Positions 18,767 to 28,736 of a stretch of 64,000 nucleotides of DNA are shown here, in pieces. Made by a program: the position numbers and the translations under genes. Under the pieces are notes generated by a model. That model ran no database searches. It was not told the origin of the DNA and worked only from the letters and a program-made list of their open reading frames with translations. This stretch comes from a virus, in IMG/VR virus record IMGVR_UViG_3300032245_001322, positions 1 to 64,000 of that record; one strand, given 5' to 3'. Numbering within the stretch: the stretch's first letter is position 1; each line of letters opens with the position of its first letter.

Positions 18767-19084
18767 ATGAGTGAACAAGAAAAAATTAAATTAGAATATT
18801 TACATCAATATTCAGTTACCGAACACCCTCAAATTAAGGGAGTAAAAGTTTTAGTAAAAGACGGATTACCTGCTAAATGTCACAAATGTGCCCCAATACC
18901 TACTCAGAATATGGCTAATCAAATAGTTATGTCCTATGAGTTGTGTGGCACTAATTGTACAAAGTTGCAAGTGGCAAAAGAAGGCGAGAACGTTGTGGCT
19001 ATTCAGACTTGCGAGGTTCAAGCCATGAAATTTTTAGTTGGTAAATATGAAACAAAGCCTAAACTTGAAATACAAAGAAGTTAA
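18767..19084 (+). CDS. hypothetical Cys-rich protein
   Basis: ATG 5 nt after TATATTTG. Cysteines in CHKC...CGTNC...C pattern. Confidence 0.5.
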   Translation: MSEQEKIKLEYLHQYSVTEHPQIKGVKVLVKDGLPAKCHKCAPIPTQNMANQIVMSYELCGTNCTKLQVAKEGENVVAIQTCEVQAMKFLVGKYETKPKLEIQRS

Positions 19085-19206
19085 GCGTTTAATTATTTGT
19101 TCAAGGGGTGCAACCATTGGCGAAAATTTAAAAAATAAAAGTGTTGCCACCCTTAATGAATACGCACGTTTGAACGAAACAACTATTGACGAAATTTTTA
19201 AAAAAT

Positions 19207-21786
19207 ATGACGAAAGAATTGGACAAAAAAGACACTAAAAGAATATTGTGCTTTATGGATTTTATGTGCCCTACGGGATTTGGTACTGTAGCACACAATA
19301 TTTTAGATAGATTAACACCTTGGTTTAAAAAAATGAACATTGAGGTAGATGTATGTGCATTAAATTACGGAGACAACCCTCATACGAAGTATAACGAGCA
19401 AATAATGGTGCTCAATCCTAAGTTTTTTGCAAGAAACAAAGATGATTTTTATTGGAGGGATGGTGTTTTAAAGATTTTGCAGATAGGAGAATATGATTTG
19501 TTTTTCCCTATGAATGATATTCCCGTTATTAGCCCGATGGGTCGCCATTTACAAGCGTTAAAGGAAGATAAAATTTTTAAAAATAAAAAGCCCTTCAAGA
19601 CCTTATTTTACACGCCAATTGACTCGCAACCATATAGAAGATATTTTAAAGATTTAGAGTTTTTTGATACACTTGTAACATATACAGAATATGGTAAAAA
19701 AGAAATACTTGATGCTTACAAAGTAGTAAGCCCAAATAAAAAAATCAATGTAGAAATTATTAACCATGGTATTGATAGAAAAAACTTCAAACCAATGTCT
19801 AATAAGAGTGAGTTGCGTAAAAAGTATAATATGCCCGAAAATGCATTCATTTGGGGCAACGTAAACAAAAATCAACCCCGAAAGGATATAGGAACTACAC
19901 TTATTGCTTTTAAGTACTTTAAAGAATGGCTAAAAGAGAATCACCCTAACGAGAAAAGTGTTTTGTATTTGCATTGTTATCATTCGGACAATACAGGTAT
20001 CAATTTATATGTAGCCCTTGAAAGACTTGGTTTAACTATTGGCGAAGATGTAATACTTCCTTTAGAAGATAAGTATGTAAGCAATAATTACACTACTCAA
20101 GAGATGAATGAAGTTTTTAATTGTTTTGACGTATTTGTAAATACAACTATGGCAGAAGGTTGGGGGCTTTGTTTAGAATCAAATACCTTAGTTGAAACAA
20201 ATAATGGATTAAAGAAGATTAAAGATTTGCATTTATTTAAAGAAACGCAAGACAAGGTTTTAACTAATGATGGAGAGTTTCATAAAATATTAGATTTTAC
20301 AAGTAGAGATGTAAATGAATATTATATTTTAAATTCAGAATATAATATGGAAGTTTCCGTAACGCCAGAGCATCCATTTTTTGTCACTGATGGAATTTCA
20401 GAGCCATATTGGGCAAATGTTAAGGAATTGATAAATAAGCCAAATATGTACGTTGCAATGCGAAAACCAAAATTAATTAATGTTACGGATTCTAATATTT
20501 TATTAAGATTGGAAAATGAATTGAGTGATTATCAAGAAGATTTTTATTATGAAAATGAATTTGCTTTTTGCAAATATGGGTATTCCCCTTTTAATAAAAA
20601 ATGGAGTATTTCTTCAATAATGAAAAGATATAATGTCACTAAACATACTGTAGAACGTGCTATATTGAAAATAACCAATAATAGATTGTCTAATAATCCA
20701 AATGTTATAGATTTATGTAATAAACTAATTGAAGATGGATTTGAGAAAAACGAACCTATAAAATGCAAATCTAAAATTATAGTAGATGCAGATTTAGCCG
20801 AAGTTTTTGGATGGTATTTAGCCGAAGGCTCAAATGAGAATAGCAATAGAATAGAATTTTCTTTTAATGGAAATTTAATAAATAGTAAAGCAGTTTTTAT
20901 TAAAAACATTTTAGAAAATAAATTTGGATTAAAGTGCGTAATTGATAAAAATGGCAAAAATAAATGTAGAGTCAGAGTATCTAACAAAATTTTAGCAACA
21001 TTATTTGGAGAATGTTTTGGTATTCATGCTGAAAATAAAAAAATACCTCATTGGCTTTATTTAAATGGCGAACTAATGAAAAGTGTATTAAAAGGATATA
21101 TTTTAGGAGATGGACATATTAACCAAAGCAAAAATCACATTTCATATACTACTAAAAGCCCTCATTTAGCATTCCAAATAAGAAGTATATTAATGAGTTT
21201 TAATATAATGTCGGCTATTAAAAAATCAAAAAGAGGGTGTTATTATGTAATTTTTACAAATAATTCTCTTCAAAAAGCAAAATCATTTTTAGGTAATGAT
21301 ATGTGTTTTAGAAATGAAAACACTAGGAGACACAAGCCTAAATACATAGAAACATCTACTCACTTTTTTTCAAGAATAAACAATATAGAATTTGTTAAAT
21401 TAAATGAACCTACTAAATTTTACGATATTTGTGTTGAGAATGAACATAGTTTTACGGCAAATGGTATAATCTGTCACAATACAGTTACTGAAGCGATGAG
21501 TGTAGGAATGCCAATTATTTGTGGATTGCATACTTCTATTAATGAAATTACCGACTATGGAAAATTAGTTTATGGAGTTACGGATATGGTTGAACATTTT
21601 CAAATCTCAGATGCTGAAAATATTCGCTTTAAGTTAAATCCAATTGCAGTTAAAGACCAAATGATAAAAGCATTTGAAAATAGAAACAAACCATTTAGCC
21701 CAAATAAGTATAAACATAAATTCGAGGAATACGATTGGGATAAAATTGCAGAACAATTCAAACAACAAATAAAAAAATTGATATAA
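19207..21786 (+). CDS. GT1/GT4-like glycosyltransferase interrupted by an intein
   Basis: Extein junction AEGWGL | TVTEAMSVGMPIICG reconstructs the GT4 EGFGL--EAM-G-P motif. Track start 19186 is TTG; ATG at 19207. Confidence 0.7.
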   Translation: MTKELDKKDTKRILCFMDFMCPTGFGTVAHNILDRLTPWFKKMNIEVDVCALNYGDNPHTKYNEQIMVLNPKFFARNKDDFYWRDGVLKILQIGEYDLFFPMNDIPVISPMGRHLQALKEDKIFKNKKPFKTLFYTPIDSQPYRRYFKDLEFFDTLVTYTEYGKKEILDAYKVVSPNKKINVEIINHGIDRKNFKPMSNKSELRKKYNMPENAFIWGNVNKNQPRKDIGTTLIAFKYFKEWLKENHPNEKSVLYLHCYHSDNTGINLYVALERLGLTIGEDVILPLEDKYVSNNYTTQEMNEVFNCFDVFVNTTMAEGWGLCLESNTLVETNNGLKKIKDLHLFKETQDKVLTNDGEFHKILDFTSRDVNEYYILNSEYNMEVSVTPEHPFFVTDGISEPYWANVKELINKPNMYVAMRKPKLINVTDSNILLRLENELSDYQEDFYYENEFAFCKYGYSPFNKKWSISSIMKRYNVTKHTVERAILKITNNRLSNNPNVIDLCNKLIEDGFEKNEPIKCKSKIIVDADLAEVFGWYLAEGSNENSNRIEFSFNGNLINSKAVFIKNILENKFGLKCVIDKNGKNKCRVRVSNKILATLFGECFGIHAENKKIPHWLYLNGELMKSVLKGYILGDGHINQSKNHISYTTKSPHLAFQIRSILMSFNIMSAIKKSKRGCYYVIFTNNSLQKAKSFLGNDMCFRNENTRRHKPKYIETSTHFFSRINNIEFVKLNEPTKFYDICVENEHSFTANGIICHNTVTEAMSVGMPIICGLHTSINEITDYGKLVYGVTDMVEHFQISDAENIRFKLNPIAVKDQMIKAFENRNKPFSPNKYKHKFEEYDWDKIAEQFKQQIKKLI
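20170..21480 (+). mobile_element. LAGLIDADG-type intein (437 aa) inside the glycosyltransferase gene
   Basis: Starts with Cys (CLESNTLVETNNG, block A). LAGLIDADG-like FGWYLAEGS and LKGYILGDGHI. Ends ICHN with +1 Thr (block G). Confidence 0.75.
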
Positions 21787-21818
21787 TTAAAATTTTAAAA
21801 AGTTAAGGGCAAAAAAAA

Positions 21819-21850
21819 GGCGACAACATCGTTGTCGCACCCTTTCCATT
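21819..21850 (+). terminator. possible terminator hairpin after the GT-intein gene (weak U-tract)
   Basis: GGCGACAAC-ATC-GTTGTCGC, then ACCCTTTCC. Confidence 0.35.
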
Positions 21851-22279
21851 CAGTTAACACAGATTAACTATTTGCAAGAATTACTTCTTGTAAATAATGT
21901 AAGCGAGTGCACCGATAATAATTAGGTTGTGAACGTTGTTACCACCTAAAAATTTGTCTGAATTGATATTTAAGAAATCTCCCATAGTGTTACAAATATA
22001 CTATTGGCAAAAGACTCAAAATTATGCATTGGAATATTTTAGAATTGCATATTTAGTAAGTTATTAGTATAGTTGAATATAAAATTCATGCACAAAATTA
22101 TCTTATTAAATTACATTTGTATTTTACACCAATTTTACAAAGTTTTTTCTAACTATTTTTATCAATTATTGAAAAATTATGTCAAAATGATTTAAAACGC
22201 ATTTTTTATTGACCTCAAATGCTTTGCAAATTCCTTGAAAATAGAATTTAATATCTTATTCTTATATTTGTAATGTATT

Positions 22280-24640
22280 ATGCAAAATATTGATTACGAT
22301 TTAGAATACGATAACGCTATAAAAAAAATGGCGTTAGGTGGAGAGACCTCTGCTTTATTTAAAATAGATACCCCAACGGGTGCTCCCTCTAAATTGACTT
22401 ATATTCAACAATTATTAGTTCGCACTAAATCGTTTAAAGAATGGTTTGGTGATTGGGAAGATTTTGCTAATAAAATTGTACAAAGTAGAAAAGACAAAAG
22501 TCCTTTCTATGAAGTTGAAATTATGATAAAGAAAAATTTTGATAAAGACGACAAAAGCAATGGTAATTTGTCGAAGAATCAAAAATTATTATGGATATAT
22601 TTTGAAAACTTTGATATTAAAAATCTTTCTTATACAATTGACTATGACACTTTAGAACCACAAGCATATTGGCATGGAACTAAATCAGAAGAATTTTTTG
22701 AATTTAAGACTTATGTAAGTCGATTTGGTAGACCATACGCTTATTTTGCAGTTAATAAATCTTATAGTGATTTTTTTAGTGCAAGTGAAGAGCATTTATA
22801 TAGTGTTTTTACTTGTATAAAAAATCCATATATTAATTTTAACTATGAACATCAAAACACACTATCCTTTATATCAGAAATATTTATTGATTATGGTTTA
22901 AAGAATAATTTGGATTCGGCTCAAATAGAAAAATTGGCTAAAGATAAAGAATACGATTATATTAAAAAATATGGTATTTCATTTAGTCAAAGTAAAGATT
23001 ATCCATTTTGGAGATTGATGTCCGATGATAGTATGGGTCAATTCAAAATGTTTTTACAATCATTAGGTTATGACGGAGTTATGTATGTTGAAGAACTTCG
23101 ACTCGATTCCGATATAAGTAAAGAAGATGAATTTACAAGAGCCGTTACAATATTTGAACCTAATCAAGTAAAACTTGCAGATGGCAGGAATACTGAATTT
23201 AGTTCTTTAAGTAACGATATACGTTATGAAAAAGGTGGGTTAATTGCTCCTAATGGCAAGAAAAGTAATTTAACTCCCGAACAATATAAACTTGTTCGTA
23301 CTCCCGAATTTAAAAAATGGTTTGGAGATTGGGAAAATGACCCTAAAAACGCAAGTCAAGTTGTAGACGAAAATGGAGAACCTTTAGTAGTTTATCACGG
23401 GACTTATGCAAAAGAGCCATTTTACACATTTGATTTAGAAAAAGCCGATTTAGGTTTCCATTTTGGGACAAAAGAACAAGCAAAAAATCGCTCTACAACA
23501 AAATTTTTTATAGAGGGGTTTAAATCTTATGTAAGTTCTTATTTTTTAAACATAAAACCTTTATTTGAAGTAAGTGATATTGGAGAATGGGAATACCCTC
23601 AAAGATATATTGATATGTTAATTTCAGACAACATAATTGATGAAAAAATTGCCAAAGAAAAAGGGTTTTTAAGTGCTTATTATAGAGAAGACAATGTAAA
23701 AATTCGAGAATATATAAAATCTAAATATGGCAATTTTGTTGGGTTTATTTACAACAATAAATATGAGGGAGATGGTAAATCATTTATTGTACTTTCCCCT
23801 AATCAAATCAAACTTGCAGACGAAACAAACACAACTTTTGATAATGAAAGTAACGATATAAGATATAAAGAGGGTGGTAATATTGACAATAAAATTGCTT
23901 TTATTACAAAATTTGAAAACAATATTTATTGGTTAATATCTAAAAAAGATGATGATTTTTATTATCAAATAGATGGCGATAGAAGATTATATGTTGTCAA
24001 AGACATGGCTAAAAGATGGGGATATAAGTTAGTTTCTGCAAAAGAATATAATGATTATTATGATGTTCCCGAAAGAATAAGGATGCATGAAAATAAAACA
24101 AAATATGAAAATGGAGGCAAAACAACAACAATGAATAGATATTCTCATTTACACGGAATGTTTGGGCAAGAAACCCCAAAATTTGCCGAAGGTGGTTCAG
24201 TAGCAACTGCACACGGAATTACTAACAATGGTAAAAAAGGTGGTTACTTCGATGGTAGAAGTCACGCTGAAGGTGGTATAAAAGCATGGAATTCAACAAC
24301 TAATTCACCAATAGAAGTAGAAGGGGGAGAAGTTATTATCACTAAAAAAGCCGTTGAAGATGATGAATTATACGAATTTGAAGGCGAAATGCTAACAAAT
24401 AGGCAAATATTATCCAAAATAAATGAAAGTGGTGGAGGTGTTAAGTTTGAAGATGGTGGTGAAATTCATCAATGTAATTGTTCGGGTAAAATGTATAAAT
24501 TTGGGGGCGAAACTATGGAAGATTATCAAATAATGAATAAAATAAATTCAACTTATAATAAAAAACAAGGCATGAAAAACCATAAAACTTCTTACGGGCA
24601 CAACCTTATGAGAAAAATGAAAGAAGGAGGATATTGCTAA
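22280..24640 (+). CDS. large internally duplicated protein (two modules with WFGDWE and Y/W-HGT motifs; C-terminal aromatic-x-GG repeats)
   Basis: FKEWFGDWE...YWHGTKSEE and FKKWFGDWE...VVYHGTYAKE. PNQVKLADGRNTEFSSLSNDIRYEKGG vs PNQIKLADETNTTFDNESNDIRYKEGG. ATG 8 nt after TATATTTG. Confidence 0.6.
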   Translation: MQNIDYDLEYDNAIKKMALGGETSALFKIDTPTGAPSKLTYIQQLLVRTKSFKEWFGDWEDFANKIVQSRKDKSPFYEVEIMIKKNFDKDDKSNGNLSKNQKLLWIYFENFDIKNLSYTIDYDTLEPQAYWHGTKSEEFFEFKTYVSRFGRPYAYFAVNKSYSDFFSASEEHLYSVFTCIKNPYINFNYEHQNTLSFISEIFIDYGLKNNLDSAQIEKLAKDKEYDYIKKYGISFSQSKDYPFWRLMSDDSMGQFKMFLQSLGYDGVMYVEELRLDSDISKEDEFTRAVTIFEPNQVKLADGRNTEFSSLSNDIRYEKGGLIAPNGKKSNLTPEQYKLVRTPEFKKWFGDWENDPKNASQVVDENGEPLVVYHGTYAKEPFYTFDLEKADLGFHFGTKEQAKNRSTTKFFIEGFKSYVSSYFLNIKPLFEVSDIGEWEYPQRYIDMLISDNIIDEKIAKEKGFLSAYYREDNVKIREYIKSKYGNFVGFIYNNKYEGDGKSFIVLSPNQIKLADETNTTFDNESNDIRYKEGGNIDNKIAFITKFENNIYWLISKKDDDFYYQIDGDRRLYVVKDMAKRWGYKLVSAKEYNDYYDVPERIRMHENKTKYENGGKTTTMNRYSHLHGMFGQETPKFAEGGSVATAHGITNNGKKGGYFDGRSHAEGGIKAWNSTTNSPIEVEGGEVIITKKAVEDDELYEFEGEMLTNRQILSKINESGGGVKFEDGGEIHQCNCSGKMYKFGGETMEDYQIMNKINSTYNKKQGMKNHKTSYGHNLMRKMKEGGYC

Positions 24641-25974
24641 TGGCAAAAGAGAAAAAAGACCTCATAATTTTTGGGGAAACGTATAAAAACATTGACGTAA
24701 ATACTTATGGAGGCTCATATACTTTGGATACTACAGGTATTGCTCAAGTGATTAAGCAATATGTTAAAAACAATTATGGAGATATAAAAGTTTGGGCAAA
24801 AAGCAGTTCATATTCTATGGGTTCATCTATAAATATATATTTATGGAATGTTCCAAAAGATTGGGTTAAAAAAATTAATGATTTCGCTCAAAGTTTTGGT
24901 CAATACAATGAATATGATGGAGGTGATGGAATATGGAAGGGTCGTGAAGTAGATGCTCAATTAACCGATGGAACGAAAATTGGAAATTGGTCGCCAATTA
25001 TATTTGTTAATAATACACCACCTTATGGCTCAAAAGAATATGATTTGACACCTCCAAATTACGAAGATATGCCTAAACCTAAGAAAAAAGAATACAAGGG
25101 TAAATTCGAAAAAAAAGGTGCTAAATTTAGTCCAACTGACAACCTTGATTTAATTCTTGATTGTGGGAATGGATGGAAAATTTATGTGGGTAAACCAAAA
25201 GAAAAATATCTTTATAAAGCAGTTAAGGACGAAGCAACAGAACCTAATAGAGAGAAGTGGGCTGAAATTAAATCAGATATGCTTGAAGTAGGTTTTCAAT
25301 GGAATTGGAAGGACGCTACATTTGTTAGATGGACGACTAATGCCGATGATACCATTCCACAAATGGCTTGTGATGTTTTAAGCAAATATTGGGCAGGAGC
25401 GAGTCAACCAAAAGCAGAAAATCCCATAAAGCCACAAGTAGTTATTCCACAATGGACTGAATTCGAATTAATAGAAGATGATGGGAATTTAAAAAAGGGA
25501 GATATAGGTGTTTTATCTAAAGATTATTATCCACCAAATACTTTTGTAGATGTATATATGAATTCTGAAGCAAGACCCGATTATAATTATATTATTCCAT
25601 TTAAAAAGATTAGGGTTATTGAAGAAAGCACAAAAGAAGTTTTGCCATTTTATTTAAACGATACAATACAATTAAAAATGCCTTTTCGGTATAATGTTTC
25701 GTTGTATCCAATAGGATATGTTGGTGTTATTAGTTCTATTGATTATGGTCAAAAAGAAGCCTATATAGATTTTGATGGCAATGGAATTACTATACCCGTG
25801 CCTTTTGAATTTATTGAAAAATATGTATCTAAATCACAAACAAAATTAGAAGTTAATTTAGATGAATATATTAGTGACTTAAATTATCTATTAGAGATGG
25901 AAGCAGATGAATCAAAAAGAATGGAATTGGCTACATATATAAGCGATTTAAATACCTTAAAATTATTAGATTAA
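24640..25974 (+). CDS. hypothetical protein
   Basis: ATG overlapping upstream TAA, preceded by AAGGAGG. Confidence 0.55.
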   Translation: MAKEKKDLIIFGETYKNIDVNTYGGSYTLDTTGIAQVIKQYVKNNYGDIKVWAKSSSYSMGSSINIYLWNVPKDWVKKINDFAQSFGQYNEYDGGDGIWKGREVDAQLTDGTKIGNWSPIIFVNNTPPYGSKEYDLTPPNYEDMPKPKKKEYKGKFEKKGAKFSPTDNLDLILDCGNGWKIYVGKPKEKYLYKAVKDEATEPNREKWAEIKSDMLEVGFQWNWKDATFVRWTTNADDTIPQMACDVLSKYWAGASQPKAENPIKPQVVIPQWTEFELIEDDGNLKKGDIGVLSKDYYPPNTFVDVYMNSEARPDYNYIIPFKKIRVIEESTKEVLPFYLNDTIQLKMPFRYNVSLYPIGYVGVISSIDYGQKEAYIDFDGNGITIPVPFEFIEKYVSKSQTKLEVNLDEYISDLNYLLEMEADESKRMELATYISDLNTLKLLD

Positions 25975-25980
25975 AACGAA

Positions 25981-27435
25981 ATGACACAACAAGAAATAAA
26001 TTCAAAAATTGAAGCAATGGAAAGGATTGTAAGCAATCCAAGTACCCCCGAAAGTATTCGCTTAAATGCTCAATCCAAATTAGATGAATTAAAAGCAATG
26101 ACTCCTAAAGTAGAGGAAGTTGTTATAAAAGAAACTAAAAAAGAAAAAAAGGCAAAATCAACTACTGATGGTTCTTCAACTATTGATGCTATGCTTACCA
26201 CATTGAGGGCTATGATGCTTTCTAATCAAGGTGGTGGCATGGATAGTTACGAAGTAAGGAAAATGATTGAAGAGTTCCTTACAACTCGTAAAATCAATTT
26301 AGATGAATTAGATAAAAGCGTTTTAGATGAAATACGCAAAAATCAAATAGTTGTTTTAAGTTTGCCTAAATACGATTTGCAAATTACAGTGGATAAAAGC
26401 ACTGCAATGATACCAAATATTTTCTCTATTTTGGATGATGTATTGGCAGGAAATAACGTTTATTTAATTGGTGAGGCTGGTTCAGGAAAAACCATATCGG
26501 CAGAAAAAGTATCTGAAATATTAAATAGAGAGTATTTAATGTTAAATTGTTCTCAATATACTTCGCCAACTGAAATTTTAGGAGGTCAAACAATCGAAGG
26601 TTATAAGGATGGCAAATTAGTGATAGCATGGAGAGATGGTAAAATATTGGTTTTAGACGAAATGCCTAAACTTGACCCGAATACGGCAGGTTTATTAAAC
26701 GATGCTTTAGCAAAATCTTCTAAAACAAGAAAAAATCCTAAAATAAATTCAACGAACCCAAGCGAACCTCCGATTCCAAGAAATGAAAATTTTGCAGTTA
26801 TAGCAACAGGTAACGTGTATCCGAATAAACCAAACCCAGCAGGATATGTTGGTAACAACCAACAAGATTTATCTTTATTAGATAGATTTAGTGGTAGTGT
26901 TTACTATGTTGATTATTCTCAATATATTGACGAAGAAAGTTGCCGTTATAAGTTTTTATATGATATGCTTGTAGGTAATTATCATGAATATATTAAAGCA
27001 AAAAGAGATGGTAGACCATTGCCTACCCCAAGAGGATTAAGAACGATTATTGAAGCAAACAATATGAAAAATATGGCGTTAGTTTCTTATCGTACAATTA
27101 TTGCCTTTAGAGTAGGTTTTGAAATAGAATTGGTTCGTGCTATTGCCAAAAAACAAGGAGATTCAGATGTTACTAATAAAGGGAAAACGGTATTGTCAAC
27201 TTTTGAAAGTTATTTAGTTGCTTTTGGCGATGATGCTAAACAAACCTTAATTCGTGAAAGTGGATACACCTACGATGAAGTTGAAAAAATAACTAAAAAT
27301 GCTATTGATTTAATCGTCAATGGTGGAGAAAGTGGGTTTGTAGATTCATTGACCCCAATGGTTAAAGAAACGGCTTCTAAAATTTATAGCGAATCAACAA
27401 ATTGGTTAATTGCTGATAAATATATTGTTAACTAA
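25981..27435 (+). CDS. MoxR/AAA_5-type AAA+ ATPase
   Basis: Walker A GEAGSGKT, Walker B ILVLDEM, sensor ATGN, LLDRF motif typical of MoxR-like ATPases. Confidence 0.65.
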   Translation: MTQQEINSKIEAMERIVSNPSTPESIRLNAQSKLDELKAMTPKVEEVVIKETKKEKKAKSTTDGSSTIDAMLTTLRAMMLSNQGGGMDSYEVRKMIEEFLTTRKINLDELDKSVLDEIRKNQIVVLSLPKYDLQITVDKSTAMIPNIFSILDDVLAGNNVYLIGEAGSGKTISAEKVSEILNREYLMLNCSQYTSPTEILGGQTIEGYKDGKLVIAWRDGKILVLDEMPKLDPNTAGLLNDALAKSSKTRKNPKINSTNPSEPPIPRNENFAVIATGNVYPNKPNPAGYVGNNQQDLSLLDRFSGSVYYVDYSQYIDEESCRYKFLYDMLVGNYHEYIKAKRDGRPLPTPRGLRTIIEANNMKNMALVSYRTIIAFRVGFEIELVRAIAKKQGDSDVTNKGKTVLSTFESYLVAFGDDAKQTLIRESGYTYDEVEKITKNAIDLIVNGGESGFVDSLTPMVKETASKIYSESTNWLIADKYIVN

Positions 27436-28736
27436 TGGGATTTACTAAAGTAGACATATCTTCAGTCAAACCTAATAGTCAAACTATCTTATTTGATAGT
27501 TATTTTGACTATGTAGATTACATAAATGATTTAGTCCCTAAATTACAAGGGAATGCTCGGACTGTTTATGATTTGACATTTTCACGAACAACTCTTGAAA
27601 ATGATGCAAGAGATGAAAATTGGTTTGGTACTACAGACCTAAGTCAAGTAACAGACGATGTGACTACTTTTTTATTCAATAATGAATTAAGTCAAGAATT
27701 AGAAGCATTTGACAGACGTAATACAAATATTGAACAAATAGATTTAGAGCAAAAAAAGAAAATAACTTTTACTGCTCAAGAAATTGGAATTTTCTCTTTT
27801 GACCTTGCATCTTTAGGGCTTATTCCCGTAGTTGAATATTTTAGCCCACTATTAAATAGAATTGTTAGTGGCGATGAAGTTCGTTCTTATAAAACGGGTA
27901 ATGGGGATGTGGTTTTTTATCACATTTTCGTTGCCGAAATACCACAACACTATTTAAAACAAGAAAAAGGTAAATTGTTTTCTCCTATTTTAAATATTTT
28001 TGTCAATGAAAATAGTCCTTATGTTATTAAAGAAATAATTGATGGCAAATTTGAATTTATTCATTTAAAAGTAGAAGAAATTCCACGTCACGATGTTCAA
28101 CAAAGACAAGTTATTGGAGATAATGGATTGCCTAAATTTAGTTCTACTTGGAAAAAAAGTTTTATTTATATACCTCAAATTCCTTTTCAGTTACCTCAGA
28201 TAGATATTGTTATTCAAGTCAGTTACAATGCCTATATTCAAGCAAGAAACCAAATGTTTTGGACTTCTGTTGCGGTGAACGCTATTATTGAAAAATTAAG
28301 CAAATCTAATGTTAGATTTAGAATTTATGCAGGAGGTTCAACTTCTTGGGGAACGAACGGAACGAAAATAATAAGTAGTTTTATTAAACTAAAAGATTTA
28401 AACGACCCATTAAATATAAATACAACTTCAATTATTTCTGCTGATGCAAGAAATTTTAGGTATCAATTTTTTAAATACATTATAACTGCTTCTTATGATT
28501 TAGGATATGATGCAGATATTAATACAGGTTTGGGTAGGGCGATTAATGATGTTGATGTTACAAAAAGAAGTCTTATTGAAGCATTGAAAATAAGTAAAGA
28601 TTTTGGAAGTAGTCAAAACGATAGTTTAAATCCTAATACTAAAATTATAATCAATGCTTGTTTAAGTGAAGAAGAAGCCCAAGAGACATTTGATAGAGCG
28701 ATAAGACAAATTAAAAATTTAGAGCAAACGCCATGA
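27435..28736 (+). CDS. hypothetical protein (possible partner of the AAA+ ATPase)
   Basis: ORF immediately downstream with start/stop overlap. Confidence 0.5.
   Translation: MGFTKVDISSVKPNSQTILFDSYFDYVDYINDLVPKLQGNARTVYDLTFSRTTLENDARDENWFGTTDLSQVTDDVTTFLFNNELSQELEAFDRRNTNIEQIDLEQKKKITFTAQEIGIFSFDLASLGLIPVVEYFSPLLNRIVSGDEVRSYKTGNGDVVFYHIFVAEIPQHYLKQEKGKLFSPILNIFVNENSPYVIKEIIDGKFEFIHLKVEEIPRHDVQQRQVIGDNGLPKFSSTWKKSFIYIPQIPFQLPQIDIVIQVSYNAYIQARNQMFWTSVAVNAIIEKLSKSNVRFRIYAGGSTSWGTNGTKIISSFIKLKDLNDPLNINTTSIISADARNFRYQFFKYIITASYDLGYDADINTGLGRAINDVDVTKRSLIEALKISKDFGSSQNDSLNPNTKIIINACLSEEEAQETFDRAIRQIKNLEQTP

Noticed and set aside
20547-20987. Minus ORF inside the intein
   Set aside because: Antisense to LAGLIDADG coding sequence.
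24634-28736. Terminase or portal among the large plus-strand genes
   Set aside because: The 484-aa ATPase has MoxR/AAA_5 motifs (LLDRF) rather than terminase Walker/nuclease motifs; no portal-like sequence recognised.
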